Assembly: GCA_963662405.2 (NCBI GenBank)
Contig: CAXXKT010000003.1
Coordinates: forward strand, 256,001-320,000
Direction: 5' to 3'
Origin: Syntrophales bacterium
GTDB taxonomy: Bacteria > Desulfobacterota > Syntrophia > Syntrophales > UBA2210
Length of the DNA: 64,000 nt
Both the position numbers and the translations under genes were made by a program. How positions within the stretch are numbered: position 1 is the stretch's first letter; each line of letters opens with the position of its first letter. Shown here piece by piece: positions 1-10,509 of the stretch. The notes below the pieces were generated by a model that worked only from the letters and a program-made list of their open reading frames with translations, was not told the DNA's origin and made no database searches.

Positions 1-270
1 GTGAAGATGCTGATGCAGATGGATGATCCCTCCTCTATAGGACCGGCCATGGCGGTCGCCCTCCTCACCACCTTTTACGGGGTCATCCTGGCGAATCTGA
101 TTTTTCTCCCGGTGGCCGGGAAGCTGAAGACACGGAGCGCCGCCGAATTGACCGTCAAACAGCTGGTCATACACGGGATCTTGTCCGTTCAATCCGGCGA
201 CAATCCGCGGATACTGGAAGAAAAACTTCATTCATTCGTATCGCCTGATGAGAGGAAGAGCACATTCTAG
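1..270 (+). CDS. motA: Flagellar stator MotA/PomA, C-terminal part (5' end outside window)
   Basis: IGPAMAVALLTTFYG..ANL..P motif and GDNPR..EEKL tail; directly upstream of motB. Confidence 0.93.
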   Translation: MKMLMQMDDPSSIGPAMAVALLTTFYGVILANLIFLPVAGKLKTRSAAELTVKQLVIHGILSVQSGDNPRILEEKLHSFVSPDERKSTF

Positions 271-272
271 AA

Positions 273-962
273 ATGGAAGGGGAAACGTTTCAGAGAAGAC
301 GGGAGGAAGAACCTCCGGTCGCCGGGTGGCAGACGATATACTGTTCCCTTGCCCTGATCCTGGTGGCCTTCTTTGCCATGCTTGTTTCCTACTCAAGCAT
401 CGAGGAAAAAAAGCTGACAATCTTCAGGAAGGGACACGGTATCCTTGAAGATGGGAATCCTTTGTCAGCCTTCGATGCAAAAAAGGCGTTGCGAAAGGTC
501 GCGGAAGAACGTCAAGAACGCGTGGATGCGGCGATTGAAGTTCTCAATGGGTACTGCAAGGCAATGGGTTTGGGAGAGATGGTTCACACGGAGATCACCG
601 CCCGAGGATTTAGGACTACCTTTGCGAGCAGCATCTTTTTCCCGTCAGGGCTGGCCGTGATCAGGAAAGAGGCGTATCCCAATCTCGACAAGATAGCCGG
701 GATAGTGAAAGAAGGGGGATTCTCCCTCCGTGTCGAAGGGCACACGGATGATGTCCCGATCAATACCCGCCAATTTCCTTCGAACTGGGAACTGTCGACG
801 ACCCGGGCGGTCAATGTCCTGCGGTATCTGTCTGAGAGAGGAAAGATACCTGCCAAGCGTCTTTCCGCGGTCGGATTCGCACAGTATCAGCCGATTGTTT
901 CAAACAAAACCCCCGAAGGGAGACAGAAGAACAGGCGGGTCGTGTTTGACTTTGCATTATAG
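273..962 (+). CDS. motB: Flagellar stator MotB/OmpA-family protein
   Basis: N-terminal TM; EGHTD, NWELS..RA and NRRV OmpA-like motifs; TM lacks the usual Asp (WQTIYCSL). Confidence 0.85.
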   Translation: MEGETFQRRREEEPPVAGWQTIYCSLALILVAFFAMLVSYSSIEEKKLTIFRKGHGILEDGNPLSAFDAKKALRKVAEERQERVDAAIEVLNGYCKAMGLGEMVHTEITARGFRTTFASSIFFPSGLAVIRKEAYPNLDKIAGIVKEGGFSLRVEGHTDDVPINTRQFPSNWELSTTRAVNVLRYLSERGKIPAKRLSAVGFAQYQPIVSNKTPEGRQKNRRVVFDFAL

Positions 963-994
963 CAGAGCGAGTAGCGCCGGCAAAGAGGGAACAG

Positions 995-1792
995 ATGAAG
1001 CAGAGACAGACGGAATCCGAAAATCAGGGAGGAAAATGGCTTCTCACCTTTAACGACATGGTGACGCTGCTTCTGACCTTCTTTGTCCTGATCCTCTCGC
1101 TCTCAAAGCTTGATGCGCCGAAACTGGGGAAAGCGGCCTCTTCCATGCGGGCCATATTCAATCTGTCGGAACAGGGTGTGCAGGAGAAAGTCGAGGTCTT
1201 TACCCCCTTTGTTCTTCCCCTGGGGAGCGATATGCCCCGGAGAAACTCAATCGTTGCGTTCGAGAAAAAACAATTCAGCCTGGTGGAACGCATTAACGAG
1301 AAAGCACGGCACATAGCGGCATTGGGACGGGGGGGAAAATCTCCCGTTCCTGGTGAAGACCTTCTTTCTTGGGAAAGAGTGATGGAGGCCCGGGTGGCAG
1401 AGGAAGGGGTTGCCGTTTCTCTGGGTGAACAACTCCTGTTCGAGACGGGTTCCGCCAAGATCGCCGGAAAGCGGCAGCCGGCCCTCGACGCGCTCTGCTC
1501 CATCCTTCGGGAGATGGATTGCCGGATACGGGTCGAGGGGAATACGGATGAAGTCCCTATCAACACCGAGCAATTTCCCTCGAACTGGGAGCTTTCAGTG
1601 GCACGGGCCGTGAGTGTCGTCAGGTATTGTATCTCCAAAGGTGTCGTCCTGCCGGAGCGGCTATCGGCGGCGGGATATGCGGATTTTCGACCGCGTGTCC
1701 CGGCGCTCAACGAGCGGAACAGGGGGTTGAACCGGCGGGTAGAAATCCTTGTGATCTTGAGTGGGAATGAAGGAGGAAGAAAAAATGGCTGA
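995..1792 (+). CDS. motB: Flagellar stator MotB (second copy)
   Basis: WLLTFNDMVTLLLTFF with conserved Asp; NWELS..RA and NRRVEI. Confidence 0.9.
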   Translation: MKQRQTESENQGGKWLLTFNDMVTLLLTFFVLILSLSKLDAPKLGKAASSMRAIFNLSEQGVQEKVEVFTPFVLPLGSDMPRRNSIVAFEKKQFSLVERINEKARHIAALGRGGKSPVPGEDLLSWERVMEARVAEEGVAVSLGEQLLFETGSAKIAGKRQPALDALCSILREMDCRIRVEGNTDEVPINTEQFPSNWELSVARAVSVVRYCISKGVVLPERLSAAGYADFRPRVPALNERNRGLNRRVEILVILSGNEGGRKNG

Positions 1793-2279
1793 AGAAGAGA
1801 AGGAAGGGCAACAGGAGGAAACCACTTCCGGTAAAGGAAAGAAATCCGGCCTCAAGTGGGTCATTGCGCTCTTCGTGATCATAATCATCGGGGTCGGTGT
1901 GGGGGTTGTCGGGTGGAAGTACTATCAATTGCGTCTTTCCGGTCCGTCCGAAAGGGGGGAGACGGAAGCCGTTCAGGAACCCGGCATCTGGGCGATGGAC
2001 CCCATTGTCGTCAATCTGATGGATGATAACGGTGAGCGGTATCTCAAAACGACCCTCCAGATCGAGGTATCCAGCCAGGAATGTATGGCGGAGTTGGAGC
2101 GTCTGAAACCAAAGGTGACGGACAATATATTGGTCCTTCTTTCATCCAAGAGATACAAGGAGATCGCCGGTTTTGAGGGGAAACAGGATCTCAGGGACGA
2201 GATCGCCGTCCGTCTCAACCGGTATCTGGCCAAGGGGCAGGTCAGGAGGATCTATTTTACCGAGTTTCTTATACAGTAG
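1785..2279 (+). CDS. fliL: Flagellar basal body protein FliL
   Basis: TM helix, VVNL..RYLK, IYFTEFLIQ C-terminus; ATG after AGGAGG. Confidence 0.9.
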   Translation: MAEEEKEGQQEETTSGKGKKSGLKWVIALFVIIIIGVGVGVVGWKYYQLRLSGPSERGETEAVQEPGIWAMDPIVVNLMDDNGERYLKTTLQIEVSSQECMAELERLKPKVTDNILVLLSSKRYKEIAGFEGKQDLRDEIAVRLNRYLAKGQVRRIYFTEFLIQ

Positions 2280-2329
2280 GGGTGTGGGATGGTTCCCTGA
2301 AACGAATGAACGGATAAGAGAGGATACAG

Positions 2330-3313
2330 ATGTCCCAGATACTATCACAGGAAGAGGTCGATGCGCTCTTAAGAGGGGTTTCGGGCGGGGAAATTGAGAC
2401 GGAACAAGAAGAAGTGGTCGATCCGTCGGTAGTCAGATCGTACGATCTGACCGGGCAGGAAGGGGTCATCGATCAGCGTTTGCCCACCCTGGAGATGGCG
2501 ACGGAGAAATTCGCCCGGATATTCAGGTCGACCCTCTCATCCTTGTTGAAGAAGATAGTCAGTACGAGCGGCGTGACGGTGAGTGTGGTGAAATATGGAA
2601 GTTTCGTCAAAACCATCCCGGTTCCGGCGAGCCTCCATATCTTCCAATTGAAGCCGTTGGGGGGGAGCGCACTTATGGTCATCGAACCCCAGATCGCCTT
2701 TACCCTCATAGATCTCATCTTCGGGGGGTCCGGACGGGAAACCTACAAGGTTGAAGGCAGGGATTTTACCCTGATAGAAAACAATCTTATCAAGAGGATT
2801 GCACTGAACGCACTTGCCGATTTCGAAAAGGCGTGGGATGCGATCATCAAGCTCGATATCGTCTACCAGCGGTCGGAGACGAACCCTCAATTCGCTCAGA
2901 TCGTAATGCCTTCGGATGTGGTCGTTCTCATGCAGTTTGAGGTCGACATGGGTTTTTCTTCAGGCGATATGACGGTGTGTATTCCCTATTCAACAATAGA
3001 ACCGATCAGAGACAAGTTGCATGTAAGCTATCAGGCTGACAGTTTCGAATTCGACAAACAGTGGCCGGAGCGGTTTGTCGAGAGGCTCCGCTCTTCGCCG
3101 GTTAGTCTTTCCGTCGAGCTGGGGAGAACGGAACTCAGCGGCAGGGAAATCGTCAATCTCAAGAGGGGGGATGTCATTCCTCTGGAGCAGCATTACAGTG
3201 ACAATCTGAATGTTTATGTCGAGGATATCCTCAAATTTAAGGGACAGCCGGGGAGCTATAGAGGAAGTCAGGCCGTTGAGATCATGAGCATTGTCGACGG
3301 GAAGGGGGCATAG
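2330..3313 (+). CDS. fliM: Flagellar motor switch protein FliM
   Basis: N-terminal LSQEEVDALL CheY-binding peptide; C-terminal SpoA domain. Confidence 0.95.
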   Translation: MSQILSQEEVDALLRGVSGGEIETEQEEVVDPSVVRSYDLTGQEGVIDQRLPTLEMATEKFARIFRSTLSSLLKKIVSTSGVTVSVVKYGSFVKTIPVPASLHIFQLKPLGGSALMVIEPQIAFTLIDLIFGGSGRETYKVEGRDFTLIENNLIKRIALNALADFEKAWDAIIKLDIVYQRSETNPQFAQIVMPSDVVVLMQFEVDMGFSSGDMTVCIPYSTIEPIRDKLHVSYQADSFEFDKQWPERFVERLRSSPVSLSVELGRTELSGREIVNLKRGDVIPLEQHYSDNLNVYVEDILKFKGQPGSYRGSQAVEIMSIVDGKGA

Positions 3314-3317
3314 GAAA

Positions 3318-3878
3318 ATGGGGCAGGATGAACGGGAAGAACCGGATAGAGAGAGGGGAAAGGACGAAACGGTTCCGGAGGTGAACGCCTCGGTCGAACC
3401 GATGGAGAAAGGAAGTATGATGAACGGTGATGAGACGAACGGTGCGGGAGGTGTCCCGGCCGGGCCGGCGGCAGAAGAGGGAGATCAGGATATGGATGAA
3501 GAGATCGGTTGGGATGATGTTCAGGAAGAAATGGCGGCGGGGGCGAATCCATCGGGAGAACGGGAAGTCAGTAGTGTCAGCTTTCAGGAGATGAAACAGG
3601 GCGATGTCAATGAATCGCTCTTGGATATCGATTTCATTTTGGATATCCCCCTGACCGTCTCCGTTGAGCTCGGAAGGGGAAAGATGATGATAAGCGAATT
3701 GTTGAAACTGGGCAGGGGCTCTATCGTGGAGCTGTCGAAACTCGCCGGGGAACCTCTGGATGTCTTTGTCAACAACCGGTTGATAGCCATGGGTGAGGTG
3801 GTGGTGGCTAATGAAAAATTCGGTATCAGACTCACCGATGTTGTCTCCCATGCCGAGAGGATTGATAAACTGCGGTAG
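3318..3878 (+). CDS. fliN: Flagellar motor switch protein FliN with long acidic N-terminus (start uncertain)
   Basis: ILDIPLTVSVELG...GEVVV.NEKFGIRL. Confidence 0.9.
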   Translation: MGQDEREEPDRERGKDETVPEVNASVEPMEKGSMMNGDETNGAGGVPAGPAAEEGDQDMDEEIGWDDVQEEMAAGANPSGEREVSSVSFQEMKQGDVNESLLDIDFILDIPLTVSVELGRGKMMISELLKLGRGSIVELSKLAGEPLDVFVNNRLIAMGEVVVANEKFGIRLTDVVSHAERIDKLR

Positions 3879-3893
3879 AAAGCGAAAGAACCC

Positions 3894-4265
3894 ATGAATG
3901 AACCGGAACTGTTTTCCTCTCTTCTCAAGATCGCATCGGCCCTTGCCGTGACGGTGGGGATCATGTTTCTGCTCGTATTCCTGTTCAAGAAGGCCATGCA
4001 GAGGGGGGGAGGAGAAGGGAATACGGATGTGGTTCGGATTTTGTCCTCCCGTTACCTGGGACCCAAGAGCAGCATTATGCTGGTCGATGTCGTGGGACAT
4101 CTCCTGGTGATCGGTATTGCAAACGGTACCATGTCTCTCCTGACGGAGATCATGGATCCCGAGTCGATCCAACAACTGCACGGTCTGCGGAGTCCGAAAG
4201 AGAGAAGCTCCTCGTTCTCCGAATATCTCAAGGGATATCTGAAGAGGTCACGCTTTGATTCATAA
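3894..4265 (+). CDS. fliO: Flagellar biosynthesis protein FliO
   Basis: Single TM then LGPKSSIMLVDV; lies between fliN and fliP. Confidence 0.85.
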   Translation: MNEPELFSSLLKIASALAVTVGIMFLLVFLFKKAMQRGGGEGNTDVVRILSSRYLGPKSSIMLVDVVGHLLVIGIANGTMSLLTEIMDPESIQQLHGLRSPKERSSSFSEYLKGYLKRSRFDS

Positions 4266-5088
4266 CAGCCTTGGCAGAGATACCCGCAGTGGCTCCGTCT
4301 CCGTGACGGGGTCGGACGGTTCCCCCGGGAGGTGGAGATGTCTCGTCGGCGGTATCGTGCTCCTCTGTGCCATGTTCCTGATGGTCAGCCTATCATGGGG
4401 TGAACCCTTTTCGATTCCTTCGATACAGTTCAGCGTGGGCAGCGGAGATGACGAACCCGGCAAGGTGGCGGTCGTTCTCCAACTGCTCTTTCTCCTGACG
4501 GTCCTGTCTCTCGCGCCGGCCATACTGATCATGTTGACCTCATTCACCCGAATCGTCGTGGTCCTCTCACTCCTTCGTCATGCCCTGGGGACGCAGCAGA
4601 TGCCGGCAAATCAGATCATCATCGGGCTCGCGCTTTTTTTGACTTTTTTTATCATGACCCCTGTCTGGAATACGGTGAATTCCCAGGCACTGCAACCCTA
4701 TCTCCAAGAAGAGATATCGGCCGAAAAGGCATTTGACCGGGCGTCCGATCCCATCAAGGAATTCATGCTGAAGCAGACCAGGGAGAAGGATATCGCACTG
4801 TTCGTCAAGATATCGCGGGGAGAGCGGCCGCAGACTCCCGATGAGATCACGCTGCCCGTCCTGATCCCCGCCTTTGTAATCAGTGAGCTGAAGACGGCCT
4901 TTCAAATCGGGTTCATGATCTATCTCCCCTTCTTGATACTGGATATGGTCATCGCCAGTGTTCTTTTGTCGATGGGGATGATGATGCTCCCACCGATCAT
5001 GATCAGCCTTCCCTTCAAGCTCCTTCTCTTTGTCCTGGTTGATGGGTGGAATCTGATAGTCGGGTCGCTCGTTCAGAGCTTTCACTAG
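4255..5088 (+). CDS. fliP: Flagellar export protein FliP (start uncertain)
   Basis: TSFTRIVVVL, PAFVISELKTAFQIG, LPFKLLLFVLVDGW. Confidence 0.95.
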   Translation: MIHNSLGRDTRSGSVSVTGSDGSPGRWRCLVGGIVLLCAMFLMVSLSWGEPFSIPSIQFSVGSGDDEPGKVAVVLQLLFLLTVLSLAPAILIMLTSFTRIVVVLSLLRHALGTQQMPANQIIIGLALFLTFFIMTPVWNTVNSQALQPYLQEEISAEKAFDRASDPIKEFMLKQTREKDIALFVKISRGERPQTPDEITLPVLIPAFVISELKTAFQIGFMIYLPFLILDMVIASVLLSMGMMMLPPIMISLPFKLLLFVLVDGWNLIVGSLVQSFH

Positions 5089-5101
5089 GAGGGAAACACG
5101 G

Positions 5102-5371
5102 ATGTCTGTTGATCTGGTCATTGGACTCATGGCCGAAGCCGTAAAGGTTACGCTGTTCCTCGCAGCTCCCATGCTCATGGTGGGTCTGATTATCGGTCTG
5201 ACCGTCAGTATCTTTCAGGCCGTGACCCAGATCCAGGAGATGACGCTGACCTTTGTCCCCAAGATCGTCGGCGTGATGGTGGCGTTGATCGTAGCCCTTC
5301 CCTGGATGGTAAACCTCATCGTTACCTATACCCAGAAGCTCTTTCAGTCCATACCGATGTACATACGATAA
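5102..5371 (+). CDS. fliQ: Flagellar export protein FliQ
   Basis: FQAVTQIQEMTLTFVPK. Confidence 0.95.
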   Translation: MSVDLVIGLMAEAVKVTLFLAAPMLMVGLIIGLTVSIFQAVTQIQEMTLTFVPKIVGVMVALIVALPWMVNLIVTYTQKLFQSIPMYIR

Positions 5372-5380
5372 GGGATCAGT

Positions 5381-6151
5381 GTGGATATTCCGAACATAAC
5401 CACGGAACAGATAGAGATACTCGTCTTTGTTTTTCTGAGGGTGAGTGCAATCGTGGTGACCATGCCCATTTTCGGGACCGGTTCCGCCCCTGCCCGGGTA
5501 AAGGCGGGTCTTTCTCTGATGATCGCTCTTCTCGTCTTCCCCTTTGTCGAGATTACCCCTCCGCCGACCGAGGTCCTGACCCTGGTCCTGAGGATGATCG
5601 GCGAGGCGATGATCGGGATCATCATCGGTTTTGCCGGGAGATTGATCTTTGCGGGGGTGCAACTGGCGGGACAGCTCGCGGGTTTTATGATGGGGTTTGC
5701 CATCGTCAATGTATTCGATCCCCTGACCAGTGCCCAGGTATCGATTCTCGCTCAAGTCCAGTATCTCTTTGCTGTCCTCTTATTCCTCGCCGTTGACGGT
5801 CATCACATCTTTCTGGGTGCCATCACGGAGAGCTACCAGCTTGTGTATCCTCTGGGATTTCACTTCTCGGGCGAGCTGGTGCAGGTTATTGCCGGGCTCG
5901 CAGGTGACATCTTCACCATCGCGATCAAGATCGGTGCCCCGGCCGTCACCGCCCTTTTGATAGTCGATATCGGTTTCGGCCTGATTGCCCGGACCGTTCC
6001 CCAGATGAATATCCTGATTGTCGGATTCCCCGTGAAGATTGCGGTGGGTTTGCTCGGTTTCGGACTGGCACTTCCCCTGGTGGCCCGGATGTTGGGGGGA
6101 ATCTTTGTCGGTTTCGGGATCAGTCTGCAGAACCTCCTGCGTCTGATGTGA
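5381..6151 (+). CDS. fliR: Flagellar export protein FliR
   Basis: Polytopic membrane protein with ARTVPQMNI..G.P.K and DGHH. Confidence 0.93.
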   Translation: MDIPNITTEQIEILVFVFLRVSAIVVTMPIFGTGSAPARVKAGLSLMIALLVFPFVEITPPPTEVLTLVLRMIGEAMIGIIIGFAGRLIFAGVQLAGQLAGFMMGFAIVNVFDPLTSAQVSILAQVQYLFAVLLFLAVDGHHIFLGAITESYQLVYPLGFHFSGELVQVIAGLAGDIFTIAIKIGAPAVTALLIVDIGFGLIARTVPQMNILIVGFPVKIAVGLLGFGLALPLVARMLGGIFVGFGISLQNLLRLM

Positions 6152-6214
6152 TGTTTTTTTGACACAACCGTCAGCAATTGGACGGGGATCCCGACCTGAT
6201 GAGAAGATGTGACA

Positions 6215-7285
6215 ATGGCCGAGCAGAACAAAGATCAGGAAAAAACCGAACAAGCTACCCCTAAGAAGCGCGAAGATGCGCGGAAAAAGGGGCAGGTGGC
6301 AAAGAGTCGTGAGGCCTCGTCCGTGGCGGTGCTGCTGGCCGGGCTCCTTTTCTTCTGGTTTGGCTCCGCCGGTATGGGCGAAGAGATCATGGCCCTTACC
6401 CGGTGGTCGCTCACCCAGTCGTCCCGATTCGTCATCGATTGTACCAATATCCAGGTCCTCGTGATCGATGTGGTATACAGAAGCTTTCTGATCGTTTTCC
6501 CCCTCTTTCTGGCGGTATTTTCCATCGCGCTGCTGGTCAATTACCTGCAGGTCGGGTTCGCTATCTCCGTGGAGGCGATACAGCCGAAGTTTTCAAAGAT
6601 CGATCCGATAAAGGGCGCCGGCAAACTGCTGTCGCTCCGATCTCTTGTTGAACTGGCGAAAAATATCTTCAAGCTCCTGGTGGTCGGTTTCACGGTCTAT
6701 CTCATCTTGGAGGGGGAAAAAGAACACTTTGTCCTCCTGGTGGACCAGAGTGTGTCGGGGATCCTGCTGTACACCTGCAGGATCGCTTTCAAGATTATCC
6801 TCAGCGTTTGCCTTGTACTGATCATCCTGGCCGTATTCGATTATATCTACCAGCGGTGGGAATTCGAAAAAGACCTGAAGATGACGAAGCAGGAGGTCAA
6901 GGATGAATCGAAACAATCGGACGGGGATCCCCTCATCCGAGCGCGGATACGGCGCCTCCAGAGAGATGCGGCGAGAAAGAGGATGATGGCAAATGTCCCG
7001 AAGGCGGATGTGGTGATCACCAACCCCACCCATCTTGCCGTGGCGCTTCTCTACGACCAGGAACGGATGTCCGCGCCAAAGGTGGTCGCAAAGGGGGCTG
7101 ATCTTATCGCCGCGAATATCCGAGAGATCGCCAGAAAAAATAATATTCCCATCGTAAACAACAAGCCGCTGGCACAGGTATTGTATAAGAAGGTGGGTGT
7201 GGATGAAATGATACCCGCCGATTTGTACCGGGCGGTCGCCGAGGTCCTGGCTTTCGTGTACGGCATAAAAGTAAACCAGAGGTAA
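6215..7285 (+). CDS. flhB: Flagellar export switch protein FlhB
   Basis: EKTEQATPKK N-terminus; NPTH autocleavage site. Confidence 0.96.
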   Translation: MAEQNKDQEKTEQATPKKREDARKKGQVAKSREASSVAVLLAGLLFFWFGSAGMGEEIMALTRWSLTQSSRFVIDCTNIQVLVIDVVYRSFLIVFPLFLAVFSIALLVNYLQVGFAISVEAIQPKFSKIDPIKGAGKLLSLRSLVELAKNIFKLLVVGFTVYLILEGEKEHFVLLVDQSVSGILLYTCRIAFKIILSVCLVLIILAVFDYIYQRWEFEKDLKMTKQEVKDESKQSDGDPLIRARIRRLQRDAARKRMMANVPKADVVITNPTHLAVALLYDQERMSAPKVVAKGADLIAANIREIARKNNIPIVNNKPLAQVLYKKVGVDEMIPADLYRAVAEVLAFVYGIKVNQR

Positions 7286-7288
7286 AGG

Positions 7289-9373
7289 ATGACGCAATCA
7301 TACGCTGATGCGAGCAGTTTTGCCGGTCTCTTCCGGGGGAGCAATACGGTAATGGCCGCGGGGATAGCCGGTATCCTTCTCGTCATGATGATACCCTTAC
7401 CCCCCTTCGTCCTGGATATCCTCCTTTCTTTCAGCATCACCTTTGCCCTGATCATCCTCCTGGTTTCCGTGTACGTGCCGCGCCCTCTGGACTTTTCCGC
7501 CTTCCCGTCCGTGCTCCTGATTGCGACACTCCTTCGCCTCTCACTCAATGTGGCCTCCACGCGGCTCATTCTCCTCCACGGCGGAGAAGGGGCGGGGGCG
7601 GCCGGGCAGGTCATCCAGGCATTCGGCGCCTTCGTCGTGGGCGGCAATTACGTGGTTGGTCTTATCGTTTTCCTGGTTCTTGTCCTGATCAACTTTGTCG
7701 TCATCACCAAGGGGGCCACGAGGATCGCCGAGGTGGCGGCGCGCTTTACCCTGGATGCGATGCCCGGGAAACAGATGAGCATCGATGCCGATCTTAACGC
7801 GGGACTCATCTCCGATGCGGAGGCGCGGAAAAGACGACGCGAGATTGCCCTCGAGGCGGATTTTTACGGTTCCATGGACGGTGCGAGTAAATTTGTCAGG
7901 GGGGACGCGATTGCGGGAATCGTTATCACCATCACGAATATACTCGGCGGTCTGATTATCGGTGTGATGCAGCAGGGTATGGCGGTGGCGGATGCCGCCC
8001 ACACCTATAGCCTCCTCACCGTGGGGGATGGGTTGGTCACCCAGGTCCCGGCGCTGGTCGTTTCGACCGCTGCGGGGATGCTGATCTCCCGTTCGACTGC
8101 CTCGGGAGACCTGAGCAGGGAAGTGGCGGGTCAGCTCTTCGTCCAACCCAAGGTCGTGGCCTCGGCTTCGGCAATTCTCCTGATATTCGGATTAATCCCG
8201 GGCATGCCGAAGGTTTCTTTTCTTCTCCTCTCTCTTGGTTCCGGAATCGTTGCGTACCGGACATTTGTCTCCTCGCAGAAGGTCGTTGAGGTGGAGGAGA
8301 AACCGGCGGCGGAACCGGCGACCGAATCCATTGAGGATCTCCTGCCGCTCGATTCCCTCGAACTGGAGATGGGATACAGTCTGGTCCCCCTTGTCGATGC
8401 AGCACAAGGAGGAGAACTCTTGAAGAGGATCAAGGTCCTGAGAAAACAGATGGCCGTTGAATTGGGATTTATCATGCCCCCGATCCATATACGGGATAAC
8501 CTCCAGGTAAAGCCCGGTGAATATATCGTCAAGCTCAAGGGGGTCGAGGTGGCCCGGGGAGATATACAGATGGGTCGATACCTGGCGATCATCCCGGGCG
8601 ATGAGGGGGGCACGATCAAAGGGACACAGACAAAGGAGCCCTCTTTCGGTCTTCCCGCCGTCTGGATAGACGAGAGAGAGAAAGAATCTGTTCAGGCAAA
8701 GGGGTGCGTGGTCGTCGATCCGGCCACCGTAATCACGACCCATCTGACCGAGCTTGTCAAGGTGCATGCCGCTGAACTCCTGGGGAGGCAGGATGTCCAG
8801 TTTCTCTTGGACAGCCTGGGACACAGTCATCCGAAGGTGGTGGAGGAGATTGTTCCCAAAATCGTTTCGCTCGGTACGCTCCAAAAGGTACTCCAGAGAC
8901 TCCTGCGGGAGCGGGTCTCGATACGTGATTTTCTGACGATCCTGGAAACCGTGGCGGATTACGCGCCACTCACGAAGAACGTCGATGTCCTGACCGGGTA
9001 TGTGAGGCAGACCCTGGCCAGGCTGATCACGAGGGAGTATAGGGACGCCGACGGGAACATCACCGTCGTTCTGCTTTCGCCCGACATCGAGGAGCGTATC
9101 GGTAAATCGATCCAACATGCCGAATACGAATCGTTCGTTGTTGCCGATCCGGTACTGATCCAGAAAATGGTGGAAAAACTGCAGCGGTTCATCGAGGGCT
9201 TTACCGAGAAGGGGTTGCCGCCGGTCATCCTCTGCTCTCCCACGATCAGGATGTATGCCTGGAATATACTGGAAAAGTTTTTTCCCACGATCGTTGTCCT
9301 TTCTCACAACGAGATTGCCCGTGATGTAACAATCAAATCCCTGGGGATGCTGGTGTTGAGCGATGCAGATTAA
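7289..9373 (+). CDS. flhA: Flagellar export gate protein FlhA
   Basis: RIAEVAARFTLDAMPGKQMSIDADL and FYGSMDGASKFVRGD. Confidence 0.97.
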   Translation: MTQSYADASSFAGLFRGSNTVMAAGIAGILLVMMIPLPPFVLDILLSFSITFALIILLVSVYVPRPLDFSAFPSVLLIATLLRLSLNVASTRLILLHGGEGAGAAGQVIQAFGAFVVGGNYVVGLIVFLVLVLINFVVITKGATRIAEVAARFTLDAMPGKQMSIDADLNAGLISDAEARKRRREIALEADFYGSMDGASKFVRGDAIAGIVITITNILGGLIIGVMQQGMAVADAAHTYSLLTVGDGLVTQVPALVVSTAAGMLISRSTASGDLSREVAGQLFVQPKVVASASAILLIFGLIPGMPKVSFLLLSLGSGIVAYRTFVSSQKVVEVEEKPAAEPATESIEDLLPLDSLELEMGYSLVPLVDAAQGGELLKRIKVLRKQMAVELGFIMPPIHIRDNLQVKPGEYIVKLKGVEVARGDIQMGRYLAIIPGDEGGTIKGTQTKEPSFGLPAVWIDEREKESVQAKGCVVVDPATVITTHLTELVKVHAAELLGRQDVQFLLDSLGHSHPKVVEEIVPKIVSLGTLQKVLQRLLRERVSIRDFLTILETVADYAPLTKNVDVLTGYVRQTLARLITREYRDADGNITVVLLSPDIEERIGKSIQHAEYESFVVADPVLIQKMVEKLQRFIEGFTEKGLPPVILCSPTIRMYAWNILEKFFPTIVVLSHNEIARDVTIKSLGMLVLSDAD

Positions 9374-10481
9374 GAGATATGAGGCGAAAAGTTCCCGAGA
9401 GGCGATGGAAAAGATCAAGACGGATCTGGGGCCGGATGCCGTCGTGCTCTCCACGAGAAAGATGAAAGGGAAAATCGAGGTGATTGCCGCCCGGGATCAA
9501 TTCGGGCCGGGAGGAAGCGAAGGCGGACCGTCGGAAGGCGCTGATATGGTCGATTTCTTGAAGACGGAACTGGGTCAGGTAAAGACCCTCATCCGGGATG
9601 TCAGGAGAGAGGGGGAGATCCAGGCCGAGCTGACGGAATTAAAAGAGACCGTCGGCATGCTTATCGAAATACTGGGGATTCGGAAAAAGGGAGGCCTTCC
9701 ACCTTCCTTGTCGAAGGCATACTATCATCTCCTTTCGGTCGGGATATCGAAAAAACGAGCCTGCGCATTGATAGAAGAGACGCGGGGATCCTGTCCTCCG
9801 GATGTCCTGAGGGATGACTGCCGCACCATGGGTGTCGTCGAAGATGCGATACGGCGGTCACTGACCCCGACCTATCGGCCCCCGAAGAAGAAGCGGCTCT
9901 GCGCCTTCGTCGGTCCGGCCGGTGAAGGGAAAACAACGACCCTGGCAAAACTGGCCGTTCGTTCGCTCGCCGGAGAGAATCGCAGCCTGGGGGTGATAAC
10001 GATGGATACCTATCGGATCGGCGGGGCCGAGCAATTGAAAATATACACCGATATTATGAAGGTTCCTATGGAAGTCGCCTCCGGGAAAGAGGAGTTTGAT
10101 GAGGCCCTGAAGAAATTTGCCGGTAAGGATACCATCCTGATTGATACCCCCGGGAGGGGGCGCGATGATGAGAAGGATCTCCTGAAACTGCGGGAGTCCG
10201 ATACGATGGACCTCCCCTTGGAGGTGAATCTTGTCCTGAGCGCGACATCGAGTCGGGACAGCATGATGGATGCCGTGAGGGGCTTCGGCTGCGTTGGCTA
10301 CGACAATATCATATTTACCAAACTGGATGATGCGAGGAGATACGGATCGATATACGAGGTGATCGATACCGTCGGTAAACCGGTATGGTATGTCGCCAAC
10401 GGGCAGAGTGTCCCCCGAGACCTCAGGCGGATGGATCCTGCGGGCCTTGCGCGGTTGGTAGCCGAAAACCGCTTACATTAA
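9363..10481 (+). CDS. flhF: SRP-family GTPase FlhF
   Basis: GPAGEGKTTTLAKLA, DTYRIG, DTPG, TKLD; follows flhA. Confidence 0.92.
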   Translation: MQIKRYEAKSSREAMEKIKTDLGPDAVVLSTRKMKGKIEVIAARDQFGPGGSEGGPSEGADMVDFLKTELGQVKTLIRDVRREGEIQAELTELKETVGMLIEILGIRKKGGLPPSLSKAYYHLLSVGISKKRACALIEETRGSCPPDVLRDDCRTMGVVEDAIRRSLTPTYRPPKKKRLCAFVGPAGEGKTTTLAKLAVRSLAGENRSLGVITMDTYRIGGAEQLKIYTDIMKVPMEVASGKEEFDEALKKFAGKDTILIDTPGRGRDDEKDLLKLRESDTMDLPLEVNLVLSATSSRDSMMDAVRGFGCVGYDNIIFTKLDDARRYGSIYEVIDTVGKPVWYVANGQSVPRDLRRMDPAGLARLVAENRLH

Positions 10482-10509
10482 GACGATGAACACTGGGGAG
10501 GTAAGGTGC

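Noticed and set aside
8192..9454. Long antisense ORFs (also 38244..39467, 30426..31394, 61568..62824)
   Set aside because: Shadow frames of well-supported genes in GC-rich DNA, with no motifs
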